Shown piece after piece: positions 7,362 through 15,810 of a DNA stretch of 64,000 nucleotides. The notes under the pieces were generated by a model that saw only the letters and a list, made by a program, of their open reading frames with translations, was not told where the DNA came from and searched no databases. The DNA is taken from assembly GCA_002387845.1 (NCBI GenBank), contig DGLB01000074.1, positions 52,081-116,080 on the forward strand. Direction: 5' to 3'. This DNA is from Stenotrophomonas maltophilia (GTDB lineage: Bacteria > Pseudomonadota > Gammaproteobacteria > Xanthomonadales > Xanthomonadaceae). The stretch's first letter is position 1; each line of letters opens with the position of its first letter. Position numbers and translations under genes: made by a program.

Positions 7362-8699
7362 TCAGCGCAGTTCGGGCAGGGCGAGCTGGTGTTTGCGGCA
7401 GAGGCGGTAGACGGTGACCCGCGAGACCTGCATGGTGCGGGCGCAGGCGGTGATGTTGAAGTCGTTCTGGCGCAGCGCACGCAGCAGGGCATCGCGCTCG
7501 GCGGCCTGGCGTGCGTCATGCAGCAGGCGCTGCGGCACCTCGATGCCTTCCGGCTCTAGTTCCAGGTCGGCCACCGTGATCAGTTCCGCTTCGCTCACGA
7601 TGGCCGCGCGCTGCACGCGGTTCAGCAGTTCACGTACGTTGCCCGGCCAGCGGAACTGCTGCATCGCCTGCAGCGCCTCGCCGCTGAAACCCCGCGCACG
7701 GGTGACGTGGCGCTGGCGGAAGCTGGCCAGGAAGTGCTCGGCCAGCAGGATGATGTCGCTTCCACGGTCGCGCAGCGCCGGCAACGGCAGGCGCAGCACG
7801 TTCAAACGGTAGAACAGGTCGCGGCGGAACTGTCCGCGTTCCACCGCCTGTTCCAGGTCCACGTGCGTGGCCGCGATCACCCGTACGTCCACCGCCAGCG
7901 GCTGGTTGCTGCCCACCCGCTCGATGGTGCCTTCCTGCAGTACCCGCAGCAGATTGGTCTGCGCGTCCAGTGGCAGGTCGCCGATCTCGTCCAGGAACAC
8001 CGTGCCGCCGCTCGCCGTTTCAAACAGACCCAGCCGGCGACTGGCGGCACCCGTGAAGGCACCACGCTCGTGGCCGAACAGTTCCGATTGCACCAGCGCC
8101 GCCGGGATCGCCCCGCAGTTCACCGCCAGGAAGGGGCGCGCATGCCGGGACGACAGCGCGTGCAGCGCGTGCGCCGCCAGCTCCTTGCCCGTTCCGGTTT
8201 CGCCGGTGACCAGCACCGGCAGTTCCACCGGCGCAAACTTGCGCAGTGCGGCGCGGGTGACCTGCAGCGCCGGACTTTCGCCGATCAGGGCCTGCGCGCC
8301 TGAGGGCGGCTGCAGATGTTGTTCAGCGCCCAGTTCCTGCAGCCGCTGCACCAGGCGGGAAACGTCCAGCGGTGCGCTGAAGGTTTCCGTGCAGCAGGCC
8401 AGCAGGGGCTGCCACTGCGGATGCACCGCCGCCGCACCCGGTGGCAGGATCGCCAGCACGCGCAGGTGGCGGTGCTGGTCCAGCACCGCCTGCAGATGGG
8501 GCAGGTGAGGGGGAGCCACGCTGCGCAGGTCCAGCAGCCCGACCACCAGGTCGTTGCCGCGCATGCCGATCGCCACGGCACCATCGGTCGCCACACCGCG
8601 CACCCGCCAGCCTGCGGCCGCCAGGGCCGTGCGCTCTGCTGCCAGGGGTTGCCCAAACCAGATCACACACCGGGCTGGAATTTCAGGGACTGCCGCCAT
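7362..8699 (-). CDS. Sigma-54-dependent Fis-family transcriptional activator (enhancer-binding protein) with an atypical N-terminal domain
   Basis: AAA+ sigma-54 interaction domain (VLVTGETGTGKELAAHALH, GAFTGA, sensor RDLFYRLNVLRLPLPALRDR) and C-terminal Fis-type HTH (NITACARTMQVSRVTVYRLCRKHQL). RBS GAAGG before the start. Confidence 0.85.
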   Translation of the reverse strand: MAAVPEIPARCVIWFGQPLAAERTALAAAGWRVRGVATDGAVAIGMRGNDLVVGLLDLRSVAPPHLPHLQAVLDQHRHLRVLAILPPGAAAVHPQWQPLLACCTETFSAPLDVSRLVQRLQELGAEQHLQPPSGAQALIGESPALQVTRAALRKFAPVELPVLVTGETGTGKELAAHALHALSSRHARPFLAVNCGAIPAALVQSELFGHERGAFTGAASRRLGLFETASGGTVFLDEIGDLPLDAQTNLLRVLQEGTIERVGSNQPLAVDVRVIAATHVDLEQAVERGQFRRDLFYRLNVLRLPLPALRDRGSDIILLAEHFLASFRQRHVTRARGFSGEALQAMQQFRWPGNVRELLNRVQRAAIVSEAELITVADLELEPEGIEVPQRLLHDARQAAERDALLRALRQNDFNITACARTMQVSRVTVYRLCRKHQLALPELR

Positions 8700-8855
8700 G
8701 CGTCACCTTCACGGAAAGGTATCCGGGCGGAGTCTCCTGCTCAGCGCTACCCGGCGTGCCGCCCCACGCCGGAGTCCACCACCGGGCCATGGGAGGGCAG
8801 GGTGGGTTGTGAAAAGAACAACGCGGGTTCAACCCGCCAACGGCCATGCGGCAGG

Positions 8856-8890
8856 CAACGAAAAAGGCCGCTGCGATGCAGCGGCCTTCA
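8856..8890 (-). terminator. Rho-independent terminator downstream of the NlpC/P60 gene (minus strand)
   Basis: Stem GGCCGCTGC-gat-GCAGCGGCC, followed on the minus strand by TTTTTCGTT. Confidence 0.6.
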
Positions 8891-8916
8891 GGATTCAGGT
8901 GCGAAGCAAACGCCGG

Positions 8917-9753
8917 TCAGAGTTCGACCCGGCGGGCCTGCATGAACTTGCCGCCCCAGTAGCCGGTGATCAGGCTGTCGACGCGGACGTCCTTGCCGGT
9001 GCTCGGGGCATGCAGGAAGCGGCCTTCACCCACATAGATGCCGACGTGGTCGACCCGGCCCTTGCGGCCGAAGAAGACCAGGTCGCCTGCGGCCAGGGCG
9101 TTGCGGTCGTTGATCAGCTGGGCTTCGCCATCACGGGCCATTTCGCGCGACACGCGCGGCAACTCGATGCCCAGCGCGGTGCGGAACACATAGCCGACCA
9201 GGCCGCTGCAGTCGAAGCCGCTGTCCGGCGAGGTGCCGCCCCAGCGATACGGCGTGCCCAGCAGGGTCATGGCGCGGCGGAGCAGGGACTGGACCTTGCC
9301 GTTCTCGGCCGGGTCGGCGGCCACGATGGTGCCGTTGGACGCGTCGTAGTTCGCCAGCAGGCGGCTCAGGTCACCGGCGACCATCGCCGAGCGGTCCATG
9401 AGCGGAATGGTGTCATTGGCTGCCAGGTGCGGCAGCAGCGCGGCCAGGGTGGCGCTGGCGGCCGCATCGGTCTTGCTGCGGACCGGTGCCTCAGCCTTGG
9501 GCTTGGCAACGGCGGGAACCTCGGTGGCCGGCGTGGCCGGGATCGCAACTGCCTCCGGCGTGGCCGTCGGAGCGGTCTGGGCCCAGGCCGGAACACTGGC
9601 CAGGCAGAGGGCGAAAGCGAGAAGAGCGGGGCGGGCGATACGCCGTGGGGTGGCGGTCTGGCCTTGGCACGTCAAGTCGGCTGTCGTCACGCGGCGGTCA
9701 CTGAATAAAAACGATGGGTGATGATGCCGTGGAAAGCGTGTGATTAGGTACAA
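8917..9753 (-). CDS. NlpC/P60 (C40) family cell-wall peptidase, secreted
   Basis: YRWGGTSPDSGFDCSGLVGYVF ... DHVGIYVGEGRFLHAPSTG motifs (Cys-His catalytic residues of C40 peptidases). The start codon is uncertain; the signal peptide LLAFALCLASVPAWA lies downstream of the first Met. Confidence 0.75.
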   Translation of the reverse strand: MYLITRFPRHHHPSFLFSDRRVTTADLTCQGQTATPRRIARPALLAFALCLASVPAWAQTAPTATPEAVAIPATPATEVPAVAKPKAEAPVRSKTDAAASATLAALLPHLAANDTIPLMDRSAMVAGDLSRLLANYDASNGTIVAADPAENGKVQSLLRRAMTLLGTPYRWGGTSPDSGFDCSGLVGYVFRTALGIELPRVSREMARDGEAQLINDRNALAAGDLVFFGRKGRVDHVGIYVGEGRFLHAPSTGKDVRVDSLITGYWGGKFMQARRVEL

Positions 9754-9821
9754 ATTTCGTTAAATTTTCGTTTAACTAGGCGTGATGCTTGTCACACTTT
9801 GCGACCTTTCCCCTGTTCAGC

Positions 9822-10361
9822 TTAGTGCAGAACGCGTTTCGCGCCAGTGTAGTGGTCCTTCCAGTAGCTGCCGCCCAGCGAGTCCAGGCGGACCGTGCCA
9901 CCGGTGCTGGGGGCGTGCACGAAGCGCCCTTCGCCCACGTAGATACCCACATGGAAGACATTGCCGCGGTTGCCGAAGAACACCAGGTCGCCAGCCGCCA
10001 GGCGCTGGGGATCGATCTTCGGGCCTTGCACGGCGGCGAGGTCACGCGAGGTGCGGGGCAGTTTCAGGTCGACCATCTCGCGGTAGACGTAGGTCACCAG
10101 CCCACTGCAGTCGAACCCGGATTCGGGGGTGTTGCCGCCGTAGCGGTAGGGTGTGCCGACCAGACCGATGGCGCGCATCAGCACGGCGTTGGCGGCCTGC
10201 GGGTTGTTCGGGGTCACCGTGGGCCAGACCTGGGTCGAGCTCGGCGGTGCGGAAGGGCGGGCGGTTTTTCCGCCGCCACAGGCGGTCAGCAGGGCCAGAA
10301 CGGCAATCAGCGCCAGATGGGCTGGCAGGCGGGTCAAGCGCGAAACTGGCGTCAGCAGCAT
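9822..10361 (-). CDS. NlpC/P60 (C40) family lipoprotein peptidase (paralog of the preceding gene)
   Basis: Lipobox LALLTAC. YRYGGNTPESGFDCSGLVTYVY ... FHVGIYVGEGRFVHAPSTG. Start chosen at MLLTPVS (10361); the ORF could extend to 10424. Confidence 0.75.
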   Translation of the reverse strand: MLLTPVSRLTRLPAHLALIAVLALLTACGGGKTARPSAPPSSTQVWPTVTPNNPQAANAVLMRAIGLVGTPYRYGGNTPESGFDCSGLVTYVYREMVDLKLPRTSRDLAAVQGPKIDPQRLAAGDLVFFGNRGNVFHVGIYVGEGRFVHAPSTGGTVRLDSLGGSYWKDHYTGAKRVLH

Positions 10362-10470
10362 GATGTCCGGATAATGCGCGGCCTTGGAAGTCGCCATGAT
10401 GGCGGCGTAACCGGCGGGCGACAACCCGTCCCACCCGTCTGCCCCGGCAGCCCCAGCACAAGAGTTCCGT

Positions 10471-10950
10471 ATGAAGATCGCAAAAGACAGTGTCGTCCGC
10501 TTCCATTACACCGTGGCCGAACAGGGCCAGGACCCGATCGAAAGCTCGAAGGACCGTGAGCCGCTGGCGATCCTGATCGGCCATGGCAACATCATTCCGG
10601 GCCTGGAAAACGCCATGATGGACCAGGAAGCCGGTGCCAGCTTCGAGGTTGACGTCAAGGCCGCTGACGCCTACGGCGAGCGCCGCGAAGGCCTGACCCA
10701 GCGCGTGCCGAAGAAGCACTTCGGCAATGCCAAGCTGGTCCCGGGCCAGCAGGTCGTGCTGCAGACCAATTTCGGTCCGCGCGCGGTCACCGTTGAAAAG
10801 GTCGGCATGAGCGTGGTCGACGTTGACCTGAACCACCCGATGGCCGGCAAGGACCTGCACTTCTCGGTGGAGATCGTGGACGTGCGCGAAGCCCAGGCTG
10901 AAGAGCTGGAGCACGGCCACGTGCACGGCGACGGCGGTCACCAGCACTAA
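10471..10950 (+). CDS. slyD: FKBP-type peptidyl-prolyl cis-trans isomerase SlyD with His-rich metal-binding tail
   Basis: MKIAKDSVVRFHYT...ILIGHGNIIPGLENAMMDQEAG (FKBP fold with IF insertion). C-terminus HGHVHGDGGHQH. Confidence 0.85.
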   Translation: MKIAKDSVVRFHYTVAEQGQDPIESSKDREPLAILIGHGNIIPGLENAMMDQEAGASFEVDVKAADAYGERREGLTQRVPKKHFGNAKLVPGQQVVLQTNFGPRAVTVEKVGMSVVDVDLNHPMAGKDLHFSVEIVDVREAQAEELEHGHVHGDGGHQH

Positions 10951-10958
10951 GCCGATGC

Positions 10959-11083
10959 TGCCGGGCAAGCCCGGCACTACGGTGGGTTGCTGAATGTAGA
11001 GCCGGGCTTGCCCGGCTGCTTTCTGAATGTAGAGCCGGGCTTGCCCGGCTGCTTTTCGGGTTGCCGGGCAAGCCCGGCACTAC
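10959..11083. repeat. Cluster of four SMAG-type REP palindromes (two minus-orientation copies flanking two direct plus-orientation copies)
   Basis: tgccgggcaagcccggcactac (10959-10980), tgtagagccgggcttgcccggctg (10995-11018 and 11028-11051), ttgccgggcaagcccggcactac (11061-11083). These match the GTAG-containing palindromes characteristic of Stenotrophomonas maltophilia. Confidence 0.85.
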
Positions 11084-11106
11084 CCGCCCCGGTCCCCGAG
11101 AGCCCT

Positions 11107-12339
11107 GTGAACCCAGTAGCTTCTCCCCTGCAGCCGGTTGCCGTCGGCGACCGCATCGAGGTCATCGACATCCTGCGCGGGGTGGCCCTGCTGGGCATCC
11201 TGTTGATGAACATGGAGGCGCTGAGCGGTCCGCTGGACCTGGCCTTCACCGGTATCGACCCGCACTGGCAAGGCGCTGACCGCTGGGCGGACGCATTGAT
11301 CTATGTGCTGGTGCAGGGCAAGTTCTTCACCCTGTTCTCGCTGCTGTTCGGTGCCGGCTTCGCGATCATGGCGCAGCGCGCCGACGCAGCGCGGCGTGAC
11401 TTCACTCCGTTCTATCTGCGCCGCAGCGCCGGTCTGCTGCTGATCGGGCTGTGCCATGCCCTGCTGGTGTGGTCTGGCGACATCCTGGTGCTGTACGCGC
11501 TGATGTCGTTGCCGCTGCTCGCGTTCCGCGAGGCACCGCCCCGCTGGCTGCCCGCGATGGGGGTGCTCACCTATCTGTTTGCATCCGTACTGATGGTCGG
11601 CATGGGCCTGCTGGTCGGCATCGCCGCGCAGGCGGATCCGGCCGCCAGCGCCATGGCCGACGCCGCCGCCGCCGGGCAACGGGCAATCGAACTGCAGCGA
11701 CAGGCGTACGCACACGGCAGTTGGACTGACGCGCTGCTGCAACGTGCGCACGACCTGCGGGTCAACCTGGGCGGCATGCTGGTGGTGGGGCCGGAGGTGC
11801 TGGGCATGTTCCTGATCGGGGCCGGGTTTGCCCGCAGCGGCGCGCTCACAACCCCCGAACGGTTTCCGCGCCTGTACGGCTGCCTGCGCTGGGGCGCCTG
11901 GCCGGCAGGGCTGGTGCTGATGATCATCAGCGCGTGCTGGGTGCCGTACGTCGCCCCGGGTACGTTCACCCCGGCCAGTGGATTCGCCTACGCCCTGTCA
12001 TCGGTAGCGTCACTGCTGATGTGCCTGGGCTACCTGGCGTGGATCGTGCATGCACGCGCGCATCTGCACTGGCTGGCACCGATGGGACGCATGGCGCTCA
12101 CCCAGTACATTGTGCAGTCGCTGGTGGGCACCTGGGTGTTTTACGGCTACGGGCTGGGGGCATTCGAAAGCCTGCCACGGCTGTGGCAGATTCCTTTCGC
12201 ACTGGGGTTGTTCGCGCTGCAGGTGCTGTTCGCACACGCCTGGCTGCGGCATTTCCGTTTCGGTCCGTTGGAATGGGTATGGCGTGGGATGACCTATGGG
12301 CGCTGGCCGCCGTTGCGTCGCACCGCTGGCACGCACTGA
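11107..12339 (+). CDS. DUF418/DUF1624-family polytopic membrane protein (YeiB-like)
   Basis: IDILRGVALLGILLMNMEALSGP...LFGAGFAIMAQR resembles DUF418/heparan N-acetyltransferase-like membrane proteins. Start inferred as GTG 11107, after the REP cluster (GAGAG upstream). The longer ORF from 10987 would be translated through the repeats. Confidence 0.55.
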   Translation: MNPVASPLQPVAVGDRIEVIDILRGVALLGILLMNMEALSGPLDLAFTGIDPHWQGADRWADALIYVLVQGKFFTLFSLLFGAGFAIMAQRADAARRDFTPFYLRRSAGLLLIGLCHALLVWSGDILVLYALMSLPLLAFREAPPRWLPAMGVLTYLFASVLMVGMGLLVGIAAQADPAASAMADAAAAGQRAIELQRQAYAHGSWTDALLQRAHDLRVNLGGMLVVGPEVLGMFLIGAGFARSGALTTPERFPRLYGCLRWGAWPAGLVLMIISACWVPYVAPGTFTPASGFAYALSSVASLLMCLGYLAWIVHARAHLHWLAPMGRMALTQYIVQSLVGTWVFYGYGLGAFESLPRLWQIPFALGLFALQVLFAHAWLRHFRFGPLEWVWRGMTYGRWPPLRRTAGTH

Positions 12340-12411
12340 TGCACACACTCACGCCGGGCGTGCCCCGACCCATGGCATGCTGCCCGCGCCATTTCTGGTT
12401 GGATCTGTTCG

Positions 12412-13767
12412 ATGAGCATGCAATACGACTATGACCTGATCGTGCTGGGCGGCGGCTCCGGTGGTCTTGCCGCCGCGTTCCGCGCCGCCCAGCATGGCTG
12501 CCGCGTGGCCATCCTCGAGCCCGGCGAACTCGGCGGCACCTGCGTCAACGTGGGCTGCGTACCGAAGAAGGCGATGTGGCTGGCGGCCGATCTCTCCGAG
12601 CGGATCGGGCTGGCAGCGGCGCTGGGGTTCGAGGTGCCGGCTCGTCCTGCGCTGGACTGGAAGGAACTGGTGGTGCACCGGCAGGCGTACATCGCCAACA
12701 TCCACACCAGTTACCTCAAGCGCCTCAACGACAATGGCGTGGTCCGCGTGCCGCGTAAAGGCCGCCTGATCGACGCGCACACCGTGGAGTGCAGCGACGG
12801 CATCCGCATCAGCGGCGCGCACATTCTGATCGCCACCGGTGCGCATCCGCAGCGTCCGGACATTCCTGGCGCCGAGCTCGGCAAGGTATCGGACGATTTC
12901 TTCCATCTGTGCAGCGCGCCGGAACAGGTGGCGATTGTCGGCGGTGGTTACATCGCGGTGGAACTGGCCGGCCTGCTGCAGGCGCTGGGCAGCCGGGTGA
13001 CGTTGCTGGTCCGGGGCGACCGTCTGCTCGAGCGCTTCGATGCCGAACTGACCGCGCAGCTGGCCGACAACCTGTGCCACCAGGGCGTCAAGGTGCATTT
13101 CAATTACCGTCTGCGTGAACTGCGCCGTGACGGCGACGCAGTGGTCGCGTATGGCCACGACGGCCCAGGCGATGGCCGTTTCGACGAGGTGTTCTTCGCG
13201 ACCGGTCGCCGTGGCAACAGTGCCGGCCTGGGGCTGGAAGCGTTGGGCGTCGTGGTCGGCGACAAGGGCGAGGTCGACGTCGATGCCTGGCAGACCACCG
13301 CCGTGCCCAGCGTGCACGCAGTGGGCGATATTGCCGGCAAGGTCGGGTTGACCCCGGTGGCCATTGCCGCTGCGCGCAAGCTGATGGACCGGCTGTTCGG
13401 CGGCCAGCCGCACGCGAAAATGGATTACGAGAACGTGGCCAGCGTGGTGTTCTCGCATCCGGCGCTGGGCGCGGTCGGGCTGACCGAGGAAGAGGCGCGT
13501 GCGCGCTTTGATGATGTCCGCGTGTACCGCAGCAACTTCCGCCCGATGCTCCAGGCCTTGGCCAACGGCAGTCAGCGCAGCCTGTTCAAGCTGGTCTGCG
13601 CCGGCCCGGATGAGCGCGTGGTCGGCGTCCATCTGCTCGGTGACGGAGCCGACGAAATCCTGCAGGGGTTCGCCGTGGCGGTGAAGATGGGGGCCACCAA
13701 ATCGTGCTTCGACGATACCGTGGCCATCCATCCGACGAGTGCGGAAGAAGTCGTGTTGATGCGATGA
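12412..13767 (+). CDS. gor: Glutathione-disulfide reductase
   Basis: MSMQYDYDLIVLGGGSGG...GGTCVNVGCVPKK redox-active disulfide motif. Full-length class I pyridine nucleotide-disulfide oxidoreductase. C-terminal HPT.EE motif. Confidence 0.85.
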   Translation: MSMQYDYDLIVLGGGSGGLAAAFRAAQHGCRVAILEPGELGGTCVNVGCVPKKAMWLAADLSERIGLAAALGFEVPARPALDWKELVVHRQAYIANIHTSYLKRLNDNGVVRVPRKGRLIDAHTVECSDGIRISGAHILIATGAHPQRPDIPGAELGKVSDDFFHLCSAPEQVAIVGGGYIAVELAGLLQALGSRVTLLVRGDRLLERFDAELTAQLADNLCHQGVKVHFNYRLRELRRDGDAVVAYGHDGPGDGRFDEVFFATGRRGNSAGLGLEALGVVVGDKGEVDVDAWQTTAVPSVHAVGDIAGKVGLTPVAIAAARKLMDRLFGGQPHAKMDYENVASVVFSHPALGAVGLTEEEARARFDDVRVYRSNFRPMLQALANGSQRSLFKLVCAGPDERVVGVHLLGDGADEILQGFAVAVKMGATKSCFDDTVAIHPTSAEEVVLMR

Positions 13768-14672
13768 CCCCGGTCGCCACTTCCTCTCCCCGCATTGCGG
13801 CCTCCGGCATCGCCCTGGCGGCCATCGGCGCGATCACCGCGTCCGGCAAGGCGGTGATCGTCAAACTTGGCTACCGCCAGGGCGTGGACGCGACCACGCT
13901 GCTGGCGCTGCGCATGCTGATGGCGTTTCCGCTGTTCGCGCTGCTGGCGGTGTGGTCGGCGCGCCGCGCCACGGCGCTGTCCTGGGCCGATCGTGGCCGC
14001 GTGCTGTGGTTGGGCTTTACCGGTTACTACCTGTCCAGCCTGCTGGATTTCCAGGGGCTGCAGTACATCAGCGTGACCCTGGAACGACTGATCCTGTATC
14101 TCAATCCGACCCTGGTGCTGCTGATCAGCCTGGTGCTGCTGAAGAAGAAGCCCGGGCGCTGGCAGGTGGCGGCGCTGGTGCTCAGTTATCTGGGCGTGCT
14201 GCTGGCCTTTGGCCACGACCTGCAGCTGGAGGGCGGGCGCATCCTGCTGGGCAGCGCACTGGTGTTCGGCAGCGCGCTGAGTTACGCGCTTTACCTGTTC
14301 GGCAGTGGGCAGGTGGTGGCGCGCATCGGGGCCATCCGCCTGACCGCCTATGCCAGCTGCGTGGCCTGTGTGCTGTGCGTGCTGCATTTTGCCGTGCTGC
14401 ATCCGCTGCCCGCGCTGTTGCAGGCCCCGGTGCCGGTGTACTGGCTGTCGTTGATCAACGCGACGGTCTGCACCGTGCTGCCGGTGGCGGCGATCATGCT
14501 GGCGGTGAAGCGCATCGGCTCGTCGTTGGCCGCGCAGGTCGGTATGCTCGGCCCGGTATCCACCATCGTGATGAGTCTATGGCTGCTCGACGAACCCATG
14601 GGCCCCTGGCAGATTCTGGGGACCGCGCTGGTGCTGGTCGGCGTACTGCTGGTCAGCCGCGCACGCGCGTGA
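13764..14672 (+). CDS. DMT-superfamily (EamA-like) transporter
   Basis: Ten predicted TM helices with two EamA-like halves. Start ATG overlaps the gor stop (ATGA at 13764-13767). Confidence 0.7.
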   Translation: MTPVATSSPRIAASGIALAAIGAITASGKAVIVKLGYRQGVDATTLLALRMLMAFPLFALLAVWSARRATALSWADRGRVLWLGFTGYYLSSLLDFQGLQYISVTLERLILYLNPTLVLLISLVLLKKKPGRWQVAALVLSYLGVLLAFGHDLQLEGGRILLGSALVFGSALSYALYLFGSGQVVARIGAIRLTAYASCVACVLCVLHFAVLHPLPALLQAPVPVYWLSLINATVCTVLPVAAIMLAVKRIGSSLAAQVGMLGPVSTIVMSLWLLDEPMGPWQILGTALVLVGVLLVSRARA

Positions 14673-15034
14673 AGCCGACTGCCGCGGCTGAAGAGGACAC
14701 CGCCGCCCAGGCCCGCGAGCGCATTCTGGCGGTGATCCGCGCCATCCCGCGCGGGCAGGTGATGGGCTACGGCCAGGTTGCGGCGAAGGCCGGCCTGCCC
14801 GGGCGTGCACGGCTGACTGCGCGCGTGCTGGGCATGAATGACGACCCCGAACTGCCCTGGCATCGGGTGCTGCGTTCGGACGGGCGCATCGCCATGCCGG
14901 AGGGCTCGCGCGGCTGGCGCGAGCAGAACCAGCGGCTGCGGGCCGAAGGTGTGGTGATGGAGGGCGGGCGGGTCAAGCACATGCCACGTGGTGGCGGAGA
15001 TGACCTGGATGCGGCGGTGTGGGGGCCGGGTTGA
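14669..15034 (+). CDS. Alkyltransferase-like (ATL) protein: MGMT-family DNA-binding domain with Trp in place of the acceptor Cys
   Basis: GQVMGYGQVAAKAGLPGRARLTARVLGMN...LPWHRVLRSDGRI matches the Ogt/Ada C-terminal domain but has PWHRV instead of PCHRV. GTG start overlaps the EamA stop (GTGA). Confidence 0.6.
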   Translation: MKPTAAAEEDTAAQARERILAVIRAIPRGQVMGYGQVAAKAGLPGRARLTARVLGMNDDPELPWHRVLRSDGRIAMPEGSRGWREQNQRLRAEGVVMEGGRVKHMPRGGGDDLDAAVWGPG

Positions 15035-15040
15035 GCGATT

Positions 15041-15745
15041 ATGATGGGGGCGGTTCCAAAGGATGCCTCCATGTTTCCGCGACTGCCCACTGTCACCAAG
15101 GCCCTGCTGATCGCCAACGCGGTGCTGTTCCTGCTGCAGCAGCCGTTCCTGCTCGGCTACGGCACGTTCGAGCCGTTCATGCTGCAGCCGCTGCGCAGCT
15201 TCGACCCGTTCTCGCCCGGCGGTAACTTCCAGCCCTGGCAGTTGCTGACCTACGGGTTCCTGCACGGCAACCTGATGCACCTGCTGTTCAACATGCTGGC
15301 GCTCTTCATGTTCGGTTCGCCGCTGGAACAGACCTGGGGCGAGAAGCGCTTTCTGATTTTCTACCTGGTCTGCGTGGCGGGCGCCGGCCTGTGTCAGCTG
15401 GCGGTCGGCGCGATGATGGTCGACCCGGCTCCGGTGCTGGGTGCCTCGGGGGGTGTGTTTGGTCTGTTGTTGGCGTACGGCATGCTGTTCCCGAACCAGC
15501 GGGTGATGCTGCTGTTCCCGCCGATTCCGATGAAGGCGCGCACCTTCGTGATCGTGATCGGCCTGACCGAACTGGTGTTTGGCGCGACCAGCTGGCAGCC
15601 GGGCATCGCGCATTTCGCGCATCTGGGCGGCATGCTGTTCGGCTGGCTGCTGATCCGTTACTGGCGCGGGCAGCCGCCGTTCACGCGCCGACCGCCGGGC
15701 GGCGGGCCGCCGAAGCGGCCGAACCATCTGCGCAGCGTCAAGTGA
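15041..15745 (+). CDS. Rhomboid-family intramembrane serine protease
   Basis: GFLHGNLMHLLFNMLALFMFG, GASGGVFGLLLAY (catalytic Ser), AHFAHLGGMLFGWL (catalytic His). The start may be the downstream Met at 15071. Confidence 0.8.
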   Translation: MMGAVPKDASMFPRLPTVTKALLIANAVLFLLQQPFLLGYGTFEPFMLQPLRSFDPFSPGGNFQPWQLLTYGFLHGNLMHLLFNMLALFMFGSPLEQTWGEKRFLIFYLVCVAGAGLCQLAVGAMMVDPAPVLGASGGVFGLLLAYGMLFPNQRVMLLFPPIPMKARTFVIVIGLTELVFGATSWQPGIAHFAHLGGMLFGWLLIRYWRGQPPFTRRPPGGGPPKRPNHLRSVK

Positions 15746-15810
15746 GCTGATACTCGAAATGGGCACCCTGTGGTGCCCATTTCTTTGTCGAACATGAACA
15801 ACGGACCTTC

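Noticed and set aside
10987-11106. 5' extension of the DUF418 ORF through the SMAG repeat cluster (MLNVEPGLPGCF...)
   Set aside because: Translation of palindromic REP DNA. The real start is most likely GTG 11107 just after the repeats.
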